A model generated the notes under the pieces. That model did no database searches. It was given only the letters and a program-made list of their open reading frames with translations, and was not told where the DNA came from. DNA of 64,000 bases from Candidatus Altimarinota bacterium (lineage in GTDB: Bacteria > Patescibacteriota > Gracilibacteria > CAIRYL01). Of the stretch, positions 19,145-29,446 are shown one piece after another (position 1 is the stretch's first letter; each line of letters begins with the position of its first letter). Location: contig OZ252287.1 of the NCBI GenBank assembly GCA_965250085.1, forward strand, positions 384,001-448,000. Reading direction: 5' to 3'. A program made the translations under genes and the position numbers.

Positions 19145-21835
19145 TTATTTTTCTTCACATCTGGAAAACACGCTCCCTACGTCACTACAAATCATCTCTT
19201 CATTGTCTTCATAGCATTCAGTAATATTTTCTTCTATCGCTCGGCAGTGGCTATACGAACGGCATTCATATTCATTCCAGACCTCGTTACATTGTTTTTG
19301 ATCCAGGGTAATCCTGTTGGCCTTGGAGACATCCTCATAATTCCACGCAGTGATCACATTGGGTGAGATGGAATAAAAATAGTCACCAATATAGATCATG
19401 CGCTGAATATTCAGATCGTGATTATAAAACCACTCCTGATAGAGCTCCTCATCTTCTGGCGTAGGATTTGCCACATCGTCGTAATGAGTCGCTTTTCCCC
19501 GGAGTTCAAAACCATCACTCAAACTAATGTCGTAGACATATGCTCCTTGAAAAACTGGTTCACCATACGTTTCCGGAGGAGTAGATGATGTTTTGTTTGG
19601 TACTTCATGCACCGTAACAGGAAATGCAAGGAGGTTTTTTTCTGCGTCAAAGAGGAGCGCTTTGTGATTGTAGAGCACCTCACTATTGGTGCCTCTGTCT
19701 CCAATCAGCTCCGTATGCAATTGCTTTGGATTTTCGACGTCTGAGACATCAAAGATGGCAAGCTTCATCCCTTGATACCACGCAAAATCTGGTCTCCAGG
19801 CATTCAAATCTTCTGGATCTGGCTCGGCCGCATCTTTTCCGAAGCCAATGATATGATTTTCATCATATGGATGGAGATATTCACTAAATCCGGGAATTTT
19901 GAGCTCTCCCAATACTTCAGGATTCTTGGGATCACTCAGGTCTATTACAAACAGGGGGTCCACTTTTTTGAAAGTTACCAAGTATCCTCTGTCTCCCACG
20001 AATCGCGCGGAGTACATCTGCTCACCAGGAGCCAGTCCTTCCAGCCTTCCTTCCAAATCCATATCGGCATCAAACGTATAGACATTACTGGTAGATTTTA
20101 CATCTCCCCAGAGGTTTCCCCTTTGAGTGGCGATGCGAAAATAATTATCATGCTCACTCATTGCAAATTGATTGATGGCCCGACCGGGAGCTTTGCCCTT
20201 GGCAACAAAGTCTATATCAGTTCCATCCAGTGAAAATTTAAAAACCTCAGTAAATTCTTCATTTCTCCAGCCGCTGTCATCCCCTCGTTCAAAAAAGATT
20301 TCATCATACTGATTTCGAGTGACATAGAGGTTGTCCTGAGATGCGTATACCTGCTGTCCGGACCCTAAAAGCATTTCCCGCTCTACCCTTTGAGAAGTAT
20401 CACGCGTATCAATTGCTGCAAGGATCATATAGTTGGGATCTCGAAAGTTCGGGAAGTATCGCACTTGATCACAAGAGGCGATGTAGAGCTCTTCTTCATA
20501 AGCAGAATCCTTGAATACTGGCATATCTACATCCCCCAGCAGTGGTATGGGTTCTGGCCAGCCATAGTAGTTGGCATATTTGTTGGCAACCGTGTACACC
20601 ACATCTCCAATCTTTCGGGAGCTGACATAGCTTCCATCAAAAGAAACACTTCTGATTTTTTCTGGCTGAGAAGCATCTGAAACATCAAAAGAAATCACCT
20701 TGAGTGCATTTTGTTGAGGATAATAGTCCGGAGCAATGAGAGACACTTCTGTTGTCTCTGCAGTAGCCGTCGTATTGCGAAGCGCATAAAAGTCTCCAGC
20801 TCCATTTCCAATCACCGTCAGCACGTCGTCATCTAAGTACAGCTCTCGAGGGTAAAACTTTCCTTCGTCCAGAGTAATAGTGGCTACTTGCTCCAAGTTG
20901 TCAGGTGTGTACGCACGGACGATACGCACAGTGTTGCCTTTTACCATATAGATATGCGATCCGTTGTTTTTGATAATATCCGCCTCATCGACACCAAATT
21001 CCTGAATATTTGTGCTGGAAAAATCGTCTGCGCTCCCGCCTCCGAGTCCGGCGGATGAGCTCTTTTGAAATGAAGTTTCTTCAGCGCTACTATCAGCAGA
21101 CTCTGCGAAGGAAATACTCGGGAGTGCTCTGATTCCTCCGCCTTCAATAAATCCGCGAGAGTTTTCATACCCGATTCGCTTCCTATATTTCTGAAACTGT
21201 GTAGTGAGTTCTGCACAGGTCGCTACTTCCGGTACATCTCCCAAATCTTCATTTTCCACTTCATTCCCAGTTTTGATACCCCAAATAATCTCAGACATAT
21301 CGCCTCGGGTAATGTTTTTGTCATTTCGATCAACCGTACCTGGGATCACTCGCTCTTTATGAAGAGCATCTACATATTCACGATACCATTCATCCCCTTC
21401 CTGCTGATCAGCATCCAATTCTTCTATTCGAGCAATAATTTTACTGGCTTCTGCAAAGTTGACGAGTGTATGAGGTCTAAAATCCCCATCCGGATATCCG
21501 TCTACAATTCCGCTTTTAAGCGCTGTGCATACGACGTCATAAAACCATTCTCCTTTCGCCACATCTGGAAAATCTTTTGGTGCACCAGAGCACTCGGCTT
21601 CGGTCATGTCTGAAGCTTCAAGTGCTATTTTGAGAAATTCTACCCGAGTGATCTGTTGTTCGGGGCGAAATGTGCCATCTTGATACCCTTCGACAACCTC
21701 TTCTCCTTTGAGGAATCTCACGGCATCTGATGAGCGCGTTCCAGAAACATCTGGAAAATTCTGATCTGTCTCCTCAGAAAAAGCAGAAAATGGAAGCAAT
21801 AAAAATGCGAGAACGCATATGGCAAGTCGTTTCAT
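19145..21835 (-). CDS. Secreted SLH-domain protein with C-terminal beta-propeller domain
   Basis: Signal peptide; FPDV/GY.DGTFRP/TR.E SLH repeats; TNIQEFGVDEADIIK, YSARF.GD, VTFKKVDPLF, LKIPGFS.YLHP. Confidence 0.88.
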   Translation of the reverse strand: MKRLAICVLAFLLLPFSAFSEETDQNFPDVSGTRSSDAVRFLKGEEVVEGYQDGTFRPEQQITRVEFLKIALEASDMTEAECSGAPKDFPDVAKGEWFYDVVCTALKSGIVDGYPDGDFRPHTLVNFAEASKIIARIEELDADQQEGDEWYREYVDALHKERVIPGTVDRNDKNITRGDMSEIIWGIKTGNEVENEDLGDVPEVATCAELTTQFQKYRKRIGYENSRGFIEGGGIRALPSISFAESADSSAEETSFQKSSSAGLGGGSADDFSSTNIQEFGVDEADIIKNNGSHIYMVKGNTVRIVRAYTPDNLEQVATITLDEGKFYPRELYLDDDVLTVIGNGAGDFYALRNTTATAETTEVSLIAPDYYPQQNALKVISFDVSDASQPEKIRSVSFDGSYVSSRKIGDVVYTVANKYANYYGWPEPIPLLGDVDMPVFKDSAYEEELYIASCDQVRYFPNFRDPNYMILAAIDTRDTSQRVEREMLLGSGQQVYASQDNLYVTRNQYDEIFFERGDDSGWRNEEFTEVFKFSLDGTDIDFVAKGKAPGRAINQFAMSEHDNYFRIATQRGNLWGDVKSTSNVYTFDADMDLEGRLEGLAPGEQMYSARFVGDRGYLVTFKKVDPLFVIDLSDPKNPEVLGELKIPGFSEYLHPYDENHIIGFGKDAAEPDPEDLNAWRPDFAWYQGMKLAIFDVSDVENPKQLHTELIGDRGTNSEVLYNHKALLFDAEKNLLAFPVTVHEVPNKTSSTPPETYGEPVFQGAYVYDISLSDGFELRGKATHYDDVANPTPEDEELYQEWFYNHDLNIQRMIYIGDYFYSISPNVITAWNYEDVSKANRITLDQKQCNEVWNEYECRSYSHCRAIEENITECYEDNEEMICSDVGSVFSRCEEK

Positions 21836-21947
21836 ATGAATAAGGAGTTAAAAAATCGGTAAAAGTATATCAAACTGAAAATGTGATATGTATGTCTAAT
21901 GATATATACGAAGAAAAAAAGGAAGTGTGACAGTTTTTATGAATATG

Positions 21948-22220
21948 CTATTTCTTTTTTTTAAGTTCTTTTTCGAGTTCTTCTGCAAGTTCGTTGAGAT
22001 CACTGAGCACCATGTTCAGCTCGTCTTCAGTAAATCCATGGCCCAAAATCCCTTGTTCCAGAGTTTCAAATTCTGCTACACCGCAACGAAAGCATCCTAT
22101 TCCAAAGTCCATCAAGATTTCATCTGCCCCAGGATACTTCCGCACTACTTCGGCAATGATATTTTCACCAGAGACAAAGGAGAACTTTGTTTTTGTTTCT
22201 GTTTGAGTTTTTTTTGCCAT
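21948..22220 (-). CDS. DUF1858 domain protein
   Basis: YP.A.EIL..FG.GC..C..A..ETLE.G...HG. Confidence 0.85.
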   Translation of the reverse strand: MAKKTQTETKTKFSFVSGENIIAEVVRKYPGADEILMDFGIGCFRCGVAEFETLEQGILGHGFTEDELNMVLSDLNELAEELEKELKKKK

Positions 22221-22293
22221 AGGAATAGAAAAAAATAGCAGACAAATCGGTATACAATGTACAATGTGTGATATAAAAGTTCCACATTCATTT

Positions 22294-23028
22294 ATGAGTT
22301 CAGGAGAAAGCGAAAATCGGATTCGACTGCAGAAGTATCTTGCCGATCAGGGTATTGCTTCTCGCAGAACAGCAGAAAAGCTTATTGCCGAGGGTGCAGT
22401 ACAGGTAAACGGAAAATTGATTACGGAAATGGGAGTTAAAATTGATCCCAACAAAGACTCTGTAGAAGTTTCTGGAGATCTGCTCAAACAAAAGAAGGAT
22501 GAACTCATCTATATTATGCTCCATAAGCCAAAAGGATATGTGACCACTACTCATCGCACCAAGGTGGAAAATAAGATTGTAATGGATCTTCTTCCGAAAG
22601 ACCTCCCTCGTGTGTTTCCTGTGGGACGACTGGACAAGGACAGTACAGGGCTTTTACTCCTCACCAATGATGGAGATCTTGCCTACAGGCTCACTCACCC
22701 AAAATTTGAACACGAAAAAGAATATCTCGTGGAGGCAATGAATGACTTGAGTGGAGAGCAAGTGGAAAAACTTAAAAAAGGGCTCCCACTTTTTGGAAAA
22801 AAAACAAAGCCTCCAAAAATAAAAATGCTCTCTACAAGAAAGTTTCTCATCACTCTTACTGAAGGAAAAAATCGCCAAATACGCAGACTTCTAAGGAAAA
22901 TCGGAACTGGTGTAAAAAGTTTGAAACGGGTAAGGATTGAAGACGTGCGGCTCGATTCTAAAATGCAGTCTGGAGAATGGAAATTTCTTTCTTTGGAAGA
23001 AGTCAAACAACACCTTCTCTCTTTATAA
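22294..23028 (+). CDS. rRNA pseudouridine synthase (RsuA/RluB family)
   Basis: S4 domain RLQKYLA..G.ASRR, GRLDKDSTGLLLLTNDG, EGKNRQIRR. Confidence 0.93.
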   Translation: MSSGESENRIRLQKYLADQGIASRRTAEKLIAEGAVQVNGKLITEMGVKIDPNKDSVEVSGDLLKQKKDELIYIMLHKPKGYVTTTHRTKVENKIVMDLLPKDLPRVFPVGRLDKDSTGLLLLTNDGDLAYRLTHPKFEHEKEYLVEAMNDLSGEQVEKLKKGLPLFGKKTKPPKIKMLSTRKFLITLTEGKNRQIRRLLRKIGTGVKSLKRVRIEDVRLDSKMQSGEWKFLSLEEVKQHLLSL

Positions 23029-23078
23029 CTCGCATTTTTTAGAACACTCTGCAAAAATAAAATAAGAAATAGTTTTGT

Positions 23079-24113
23079 ATGCCTGAATTTTTTCAAACCA
23101 CTGGGGGAAACATTATCACTCTTCTTGCAGGATTTTATGCACTGCTCAAAGGAGCTGATTATTTGGTACGTGGTGCGGGATCTCTGGCACGACGATGGGG
23201 TGTCTCTTCATTAGTAATTGGTCTGACTATTGTGGCATTTGGCACTTCGGCACCAGAATTTTTTGTGAATGTGGCATCTTCCATTAAGGGAACAAATGGT
23301 ATAACCATCGGCAATATTATCGGCTCCAATCTTGCCAATACTCTTCTGGGTATTGGTATTATTGCTATTATCAGACCGCTGATCATTCAAAAAAATACCG
23401 CCTGGAAAGAGATCCCATTTCTTATCTTGGCAACTTTTATTTTTTGGGTGAGCGTCAGTGACCATATCCTGGATCCAAACAGTAGCCCTCTTCTTTCCCG
23501 AAGTGAGTCTGTGGTTTTTCTCTCCTTCTTCATTTTGTTCATGACATATATCTGGGAGATCGCAAAGCTTGGTGGGGAAAAGGGCGAAAAAATAGACAGG
23601 TTTTCTCTGGGAAGATCATTTTTTCTTTTTGTTTTGGGACTCATAGGTCTTGCTCTGGGGGGAGAACTCGTCGTTTCATCATCAGTCAGTATGGCGAGCA
23701 GATTTGGACTTTCAGAAACGTTGATTGGTGTCACTATTGTAGCTCTGGGAACGAGCATTCCCGATATTGTCACCACCATTGTGGCAGTGCTCAGAAAAAA
23801 TACTGGACTCGCGGTAGGAAATATCATTGGATCAAATATCTTCAATATCCTCTGGGTACTCGGTGTTTCTGTTTTTATCCGTCCGATTTCTGTCTCTGCC
23901 GATATTCAGTTTGATATGATGTTTCTCCTCGCATCCGTGATGCTGTTTTTTATACTACAACTCACACATTTCAAAGAAATCTATCAAAAAAAATCATTTC
24001 TGGAAGTCTTTTCTCCAACCGTAAAAGGAAAATATATTATTGATCGATCTGAAGGCATTATTTTTGTTCTCGTGTACATAACATATATAATCCTTGTTAT
24101 TGTAAAACAATGA
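23079..24113 (+). CDS. Calcium/sodium antiporter (YrbG-like CaCA)
   Basis: Two alpha repeats GTSAPE/GTSIPD with GNIIGSN; about 10 TM. Confidence 0.92.
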   Translation: MPEFFQTTGGNIITLLAGFYALLKGADYLVRGAGSLARRWGVSSLVIGLTIVAFGTSAPEFFVNVASSIKGTNGITIGNIIGSNLANTLLGIGIIAIIRPLIIQKNTAWKEIPFLILATFIFWVSVSDHILDPNSSPLLSRSESVVFLSFFILFMTYIWEIAKLGGEKGEKIDRFSLGRSFFLFVLGLIGLALGGELVVSSSVSMASRFGLSETLIGVTIVALGTSIPDIVTTIVAVLRKNTGLAVGNIIGSNIFNILWVLGVSVFIRPISVSADIQFDMMFLLASVMLFFILQLTHFKEIYQKKSFLEVFSPTVKGKYIIDRSEGIIFVLVYITYIILVIVKQ

Positions 24114-24123
24114 TCAACTCCTA

Positions 24124-24720
24124 ATGACCAAAGATGATTCTCTTAATGGCCCGGACACACAAGAAAAGGAAGTAGTAAAAGAAATGCTTTCTCATGATTT
24201 GGAGTACAAAGCGGTGATCCTGCGCGTTCCTGATTCAGAGCAATTTGAAGTGGATGTCTATCGGTGGAAAGAGGAAAAAGAGAATAACTCACTGGAAACT
24301 ATTGTTTGGAAACGCGCTGCCGGACCTTTTGTTGTAGATGATCAGAAACAAGCAGAAAGTGTGGCTTCAGAAAACTTGCATTTGCTCTCTGGAGAAGTAA
24401 TTGATGTTAGCGTCGATGAAAAAATGCAACTTTGGCTCCGGGAATACTCTGATGATTATGCTGCCGAATTTTTGAGTCCCAGCGGTTTTACTGCAAGAAC
24501 AGTGGTGAAAGAAACCGTTGAAGATACTGAGTATAAAGATCTCAAAATCACAAAGGTCGTAGTGGTGCATGATCTGTATGTGGTGCAGGTGGAGGATACA
24601 AACTGGATGAATGGGATTTCCGAAGGAGGCAATCTTCTCACCTGTTGGGGAAATTTTGATTCGCTTGCATCAGCACTTGATGAGATCAAACAGAGTTTTT
24701 TGGAAGAAGATAAAGAATAA
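24124..24720 (+). CDS. Hypothetical acidic protein
   Basis: 198-aa ORF 10 bp downstream of the antiporter. Confidence 0.7.
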   Translation: MTKDDSLNGPDTQEKEVVKEMLSHDLEYKAVILRVPDSEQFEVDVYRWKEEKENNSLETIVWKRAAGPFVVDDQKQAESVASENLHLLSGEVIDVSVDEKMQLWLREYSDDYAAEFLSPSGFTARTVVKETVEDTEYKDLKITKVVVVHDLYVVQVEDTNWMNGISEGGNLLTCWGNFDSLASALDEIKQSFLEEDKE

Positions 24721-24831
24721 AGGCTATATTTAGGTTTTTTTTTATTTGTAGAAGTAAACTTTACTTTGGGATAATTATTTGCAAAAACATAAAAATACTG
24801 ATGTAATGTGAATGTCCGTTAATAACCTTAT

Positions 24832-25365
24832 ATGAAAAAACTCCACAGAGGAATTTTGGGACGTGAACGGTTCAAGCCTGAGCCTGGGGAAGCCCTTTCA
24901 AGGGATTGTTTTGCTGATGGACTACCTCTTCGAAATCTTATTACAAGTATCTTGAGAATGGATAGAGAACTTGATACATCTGATTTTTCGATGGATGAAG
25001 TGCTTCAATCTTTAGAAAATGGGATGGGTAGTGATGATGAATTTGCAACCTCGTCATGGCAAAGAATGCTTACGAAAGTACAAAAAATTCATAGTGGATC
25101 CCCAGAAGAAGCTCTGGAATTTGTACTGGCTCATGAAAAAATCGCAGAAGATTGTGCTGTGTCTATTGGTAAATTTAGAGGAGCGGGAGCTCCTGCTCCA
25201 ATTGGCTATGCTTGTTCTCCTCCAAGACCCTCGGAAGAAGTGATCCCTGTTCTAGAATCGCTCGTAAAAATCGGTCGACTTCAGCGCATTATACGCATCC
25301 CGTTAAAAAACCTTCTTGACCTTAGGCTTTTTTGGACACACGCGGTTCAATATGAAGCCCTTTAA
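24832..25365 (+). CDS. Hypothetical protein (orphan)
   Basis: 177-aa ORF with a promoter-like upstream region. Confidence 0.6.
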   Translation: MKKLHRGILGRERFKPEPGEALSRDCFADGLPLRNLITSILRMDRELDTSDFSMDEVLQSLENGMGSDDEFATSSWQRMLTKVQKIHSGSPEEALEFVLAHEKIAEDCAVSIGKFRGAGAPAPIGYACSPPRPSEEVIPVLESLVKIGRLQRIIRIPLKNLLDLRLFWTHAVQYEAL

Positions 25366-25518
25366 AAGACTCATTTTTTATCATAAGAATTAAAGCTGAA
25401 TTCAAATTGAATGGAGTTTTTTTTTGGATGCAAGAGTATTGAATAAATAAATTATTCATGTATATATTATTTATTCATTAATAACACCTTTCACAGGGAT
25501 TCTTCAAGTATTTTTTCT

Positions 25519-25544
25519 GTTGGTTCAGATTTGCAATCTGAATC
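25519..25544. repeat. REP-like hairpin (family E, empty loop)
   Basis: gttggttcagatttgcaatctgaatc; arms match the copy at 60811-60856. Confidence 0.65.
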
Positions 25545-25596
25545 CTTACGTTTCAATTGCATCTAACTTCGAAAGACCATAAAAATCTGTAGAAAA

Positions 25597-25708
25597 TAAA
25601 TCCCCCTAACCCCCTTTTTCAAAGGGGGGATAAAGACACCATCTTAGCGACAAGGCGTATGCAATACGCCCCTACTACTGACAACTGACCGCTTACTACT
25701 TACTACTT
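25597..25708. repeat. Composite: family A hairpin, GTAG REP and short tandem array at the alaS 3' end
   Basis: tccccctaaccccctttttcaaagggggga; ggcgtatgcaatacgcccctac; ctactgacaactgacc...ttactacttactact. Confidence 0.75.
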
Positions 25709-28332
25709 ATTGCCTTCTCCACCACTTTTCTAATTTTTTGAAATTCCTCGAGGTTCACCTTTGCCCCCTGTGCAAATTGATCTCCTCCTCCTCCATTTCC
25801 TCCAGCAAAGGAGGTGATTTTTTGAAGAATATCTTTCGCAGAGATCCCTTTTTTGGTTGCTATTGCCACACTTCCATCACGAGTAAACATAGCAGCAACA
25901 TCAATACCGCGGTTCAAAAGTTCTCGAGCAATGGCTCCTACCCTTTTAGCATCCCCTGTTGGAATCGGTTCACAGACCACTTTTTTCTTTTTGATTTCTT
26001 TTTGAAGCGCAAAAAATTCATCGGTCTCATATCTCACCAATTTTTGTTCGGCTTGAGATGCTTTATTTTCGAGTTCTTTTCTTTCTTTGAGAAGAGATCC
26101 AACTCGATCTTCCAGTTTGTCCGGATTTGTTTTGAGACGATCAGAAACTCTGTGCAGAGCATCATTCTGACCCCAGAGCATCTTTTGAGATGTTTCCGCA
26201 CAGATGAGCTCCATGCGCCGAATCCCACTAGCAACGCTGGATTCACTCAAAATTGTAATCGCTCCTATTTCAGCAGTATTGTTCACATGAGTTCCTCCAC
26301 AGAGTTCAAAACTTTCTCCCATATGAATCGTTCTCACCTTCTCCCCATACTTTTCTGAAAAGAGAGCAATAGCGCCCTTTTTCTTTGCCTGGGCAAGTGA
26401 CATTTCTACTATCTCCACGTCATCTGCCGCCGTAACAGAGTCCATAATGCGCTGTTCAATATTACGAAGTTCTTCAGGTTTGACTGAACGAGGATGAGAA
26501 AAGTCAAAGCGAGTACGATCTTCTGTCACCAGTGATCCTTGCTGCTCCACATGATCACCAAGAATTTCTCTAAGAGCCAATTGTAACAGGTGTGCCAGAG
26601 AATGATGCCGCCTGATTTGTTCACGCCTTGAAGCATTGATTTCAACTTCAACAGTGTCTCCCTCTTTAAACTCAATACCTCCTTGAACTATGCCAGTGTG
26701 CACAAAAACCCCATTATCTAATTTTCTTACACCTGTCACTTCAATCCATCCTTCTTTGGATGTGATTCTATTTTTCACCAAACCTGTATCACTCACTTGT
26801 CCTCCTGATTCAGCATAGAATGGTGTCTTATCAAGAGCAAAATTTACAAAATCTGACTCTACTACAATTTTCCAAGAAATAATTTTGGCTTTTATTGGTT
26901 TTTTATAATTGTCATAGCCAACAAATTTGGTGGGCTTAAGAGATGAAAATTGTTCCCAGCCTAAGGCTCTTCGATCAAAGAATTCCCCCTTTGCTCCTCG
27001 CGAACGCTCTTTTTGTTTTTTCATTTCTGCTTCAAATCCTTTTTCGTCTACTTGTATCCCCTGTTCTCCAGCGATATCTTTGGTCAGATCAAGTGGAAAT
27101 CCATAGGTGTCAAAGAGAGTGAAGGCATTTTCTCCAGAAATCTTTCTGGGATTTTTGGCAAGAATTTCTTCAAGAATTTTTTCTCCCCGATCAAGTGTCT
27201 CCAGAAATTTTTCTTCTTCAATTGTAAGGGTGGAAAGAATCACCTCTTGTCTCGATTTGAGCTCTGGATAAAATTCTGAAAATGCGATGATGTGAGCTTT
27301 GGCAATTTCGCTGAGAAATGGCTTCTCAATGCCGAGCTTGCGACCAAATCTCACCGCACGACGTACCAGTCGGCGCAAAACATATCCGCGTCCTTCATTG
27401 GATGGCACTCCCCCATCGGCAGTGATATGCGTGGCTGATTTGGTATGATCTGCAATGACTCTCATGGCTCTCGTGATCTCATTTGCCTCGTCTGTATTTC
27501 CTCCATATGGTGGATATTTTTTGCCGGAAATCTTTTCGGTTTCTTTGATGACGGATGCAAAGGCATCTGTTTCAAACACAGTGGGATGACCATTCATCAC
27601 CATCACCATGCGCTCGAGTCCCATTCCTGTGTCTACATTGTTTTGAGAAAGTTTTGTGAGCTTTCCATCTTCGCTCTGGTGGTATTCCATAAAGACATCG
27701 TTCCAGACTTCGATGAAGTTTTGTTCATCTGTTGCAGGTGTTTGATTCCTTTTTGGCGGTTGTTTTCCAATATACACAAACATTTCAGAAGAAGGTCCGC
27801 ATGGTCCGGTTGATCCCGCTGGACCCCAAAAATTGTCTCCACGGCTTTTTCTGTTTCCTTTTTTTGGGCCCACGGGGATAATTTTTTCTTTCGGAATACC
27901 AACAGATTGCCATATTTCTACGCTTTCACTATCAAGTTTAATATCTTTGTCTCCGCCAAAAACGGTGATCCAGATTTTTTTGGGATCAATCTTGAGATGT
28001 TTGGTAAGGAATTCATAACTCATCTCTATCGCTTCTTTTTTGAAATAATCCCCCAGTGACCAGTTTCCCAGCATTTCAAAATAGGTGAGATGTCTATTGT
28101 CTCCCACTTCCTCTATATCCACGGTACGTACACATTTCTGCACACTGCAGAGTTTTTTGCCATTTGGATGCTTCTTTCCCATCAGGTATGGCACAAACTG
28201 CTGCATCCCTGCGGTGGTAAACAGCACTGTAGGATCATCTTTTGGCACCAATGAGTCACTGGAAATTAATTTGTGCTTTCTCTCAACAAAAAAATCCAAG
28301 AACTGTTTCCGAATTTCACGCGTAGAAACCAT
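25696..28332 (-). CDS. alaS: Alanine--tRNA ligase
   Basis: FTTAGMQQF, HLTYFEMLGN, CGP.SE, DTGMGLER, HHSLAH, ELCGGTH, GGG. Confidence 0.98.
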   Translation of the reverse strand: MVSTREIRKQFLDFFVERKHKLISSDSLVPKDDPTVLFTTAGMQQFVPYLMGKKHPNGKKLCSVQKCVRTVDIEEVGDNRHLTYFEMLGNWSLGDYFKKEAIEMSYEFLTKHLKIDPKKIWITVFGGDKDIKLDSESVEIWQSVGIPKEKIIPVGPKKGNRKSRGDNFWGPAGSTGPCGPSSEMFVYIGKQPPKRNQTPATDEQNFIEVWNDVFMEYHQSEDGKLTKLSQNNVDTGMGLERMVMVMNGHPTVFETDAFASVIKETEKISGKKYPPYGGNTDEANEITRAMRVIADHTKSATHITADGGVPSNEGRGYVLRRLVRRAVRFGRKLGIEKPFLSEIAKAHIIAFSEFYPELKSRQEVILSTLTIEEEKFLETLDRGEKILEEILAKNPRKISGENAFTLFDTYGFPLDLTKDIAGEQGIQVDEKGFEAEMKKQKERSRGAKGEFFDRRALGWEQFSSLKPTKFVGYDNYKKPIKAKIISWKIVVESDFVNFALDKTPFYAESGGQVSDTGLVKNRITSKEGWIEVTGVRKLDNGVFVHTGIVQGGIEFKEGDTVEVEINASRREQIRRHHSLAHLLQLALREILGDHVEQQGSLVTEDRTRFDFSHPRSVKPEELRNIEQRIMDSVTAADDVEIVEMSLAQAKKKGAIALFSEKYGEKVRTIHMGESFELCGGTHVNNTAEIGAITILSESSVASGIRRMELICAETSQKMLWGQNDALHRVSDRLKTNPDKLEDRVGSLLKERKELENKASQAEQKLVRYETDEFFALQKEIKKKKVVCEPIPTGDAKRVGAIARELLNRGIDVAAMFTRDGSVAIATKKGISAKDILQKITSFAGGNGGGGDQFAQGAKVNLEEFQKIRKVVEKAISSK

Positions 28333-28397
28333 GCGATATATAGCAAAAACTCGCTTGGTACTATAACTGATTCTGTAGTCCAGATGAAATATAAAAA

Positions 28398-28817
28398 CTA
28401 ATTTTCCAGTTCACCCCCACTTGGAACAAACTCTTTTCCTTCGCGATGAAATATATCAATTTGATTACAAGCTTTTTGAAACGTAGTACGTTGTAAAAGA
28501 ATGTTGAGTGCTAGCGATGCCATAAGATTTTTTTCATCATTTGTAACATAATCTCTCAAGACGCTTACCAAAAGATACTTTCTTAGGTTGAAAAATTGGA
28601 CCTTATAAGTAGTTTCAAGTTCATCACCAGTCATGCCTGAATCTATAAGTACTCGAAATGATTCAACTAGTCTCTCAATAACATCCGCTCTGTCTTGATC
28701 AGCTTCTAGTCTTGCTTGATCAGCTTCTAGCCTTGCAATTTCCGGATCAGTAATACTGAGGTCTTCCGTGAGATCTTCTGCATCTATCCCATTTGAAAAT
28801 TCTTGAAGTCTCAACAT
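28398..28817 (-). CDS. Hypothetical protein (orphan) with ARLEADQ x2
   Basis: 139-aa ORF with a 21-bp-period internal duplication. Confidence 0.6.
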   Translation of the reverse strand: MLRLQEFSNGIDAEDLTEDLSITDPEIARLEADQARLEADQDRADVIERLVESFRVLIDSGMTGDELETTYKVQFFNLRKYLLVSVLRDYVTNDEKNLMASLALNILLQRTTFQKACNQIDIFHREGKEFVPSGGELEN

Positions 28818-28920
28818 AAAGCAAGAGGTTAAAAAATTAAGAATTCATTAAAGCAGTTTGTTTTTCTTAAGTCAATACAATTTTCTGGTACACTTTTCTT
28901 ACATTTTCTTTCTCAAAAGC

Positions 28921-29373
28921 ATGACACTCAAATCATTCCCCTCTTTCTCACTTCCTGGATACGATGAAGAGATATACACTAATAAAAGCTTCTTAAAAAA
29001 GAAGGTAGTATTTTACTTTTATCCCAAAGACGATACTTCAGGATGCACTATAGAAGCCAAGGAGTTCCGGGATCTGGCTCCAGAATTTAAAAAAGCGCAG
29101 ATTCAGATTGTTGGTATTTCACCAGATGATGGAGCGTCTCACTGCAGGTTCGTGGACAAATATGATCTCGATTTTCTTCTGCTTTCAGATCCAGAAAAAG
29201 GGCTAATGAAGACACTTGGCATCTGGGTGGAAAAAAATATGTATGGCAAAAAGTACTGGGGAGTCTCTCGCACCACATATGCTGTGAGTGAAGAAGGAAA
29301 AATCTTAAAAACTTGGAAAAAAGTAAAACCGGCAGGACATGCTGAGGAGGTGTTGGAATTTTTTGTGTCATGA
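28921..29373 (+). CDS. bcp: Peroxiredoxin BCP/PrxQ
   Basis: YFYPKDDT.GCT.EA..FRD, LLSD, GHAEEVL. Confidence 0.93.
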   Translation: MTLKSFPSFSLPGYDEEIYTNKSFLKKKVVFYFYPKDDTSGCTIEAKEFRDLAPEFKKAQIQIVGISPDDGASHCRFVDKYDLDFLLLSDPEKGLMKTLGIWVEKNMYGKKYWGVSRTTYAVSEEGKILKTWKKVKPAGHAEEVLEFFVS

Positions 29374-29378
29374 AAAAT

Positions 29379-29444
29379 AAATCCCCCTTTTCAAGGGGGA
29401 AATTTTCTTTATTCCTCCCTTAATAAGGGAGGCTAGGTGGGTTT
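29379..29444. repeat. Two family A hairpins between convergent bcp and alr
   Basis: tcccccttttcaaggggga; cctcccttaataagggaggctaggtggg. Confidence 0.75.
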
Positions 29445-29446
29445 AT

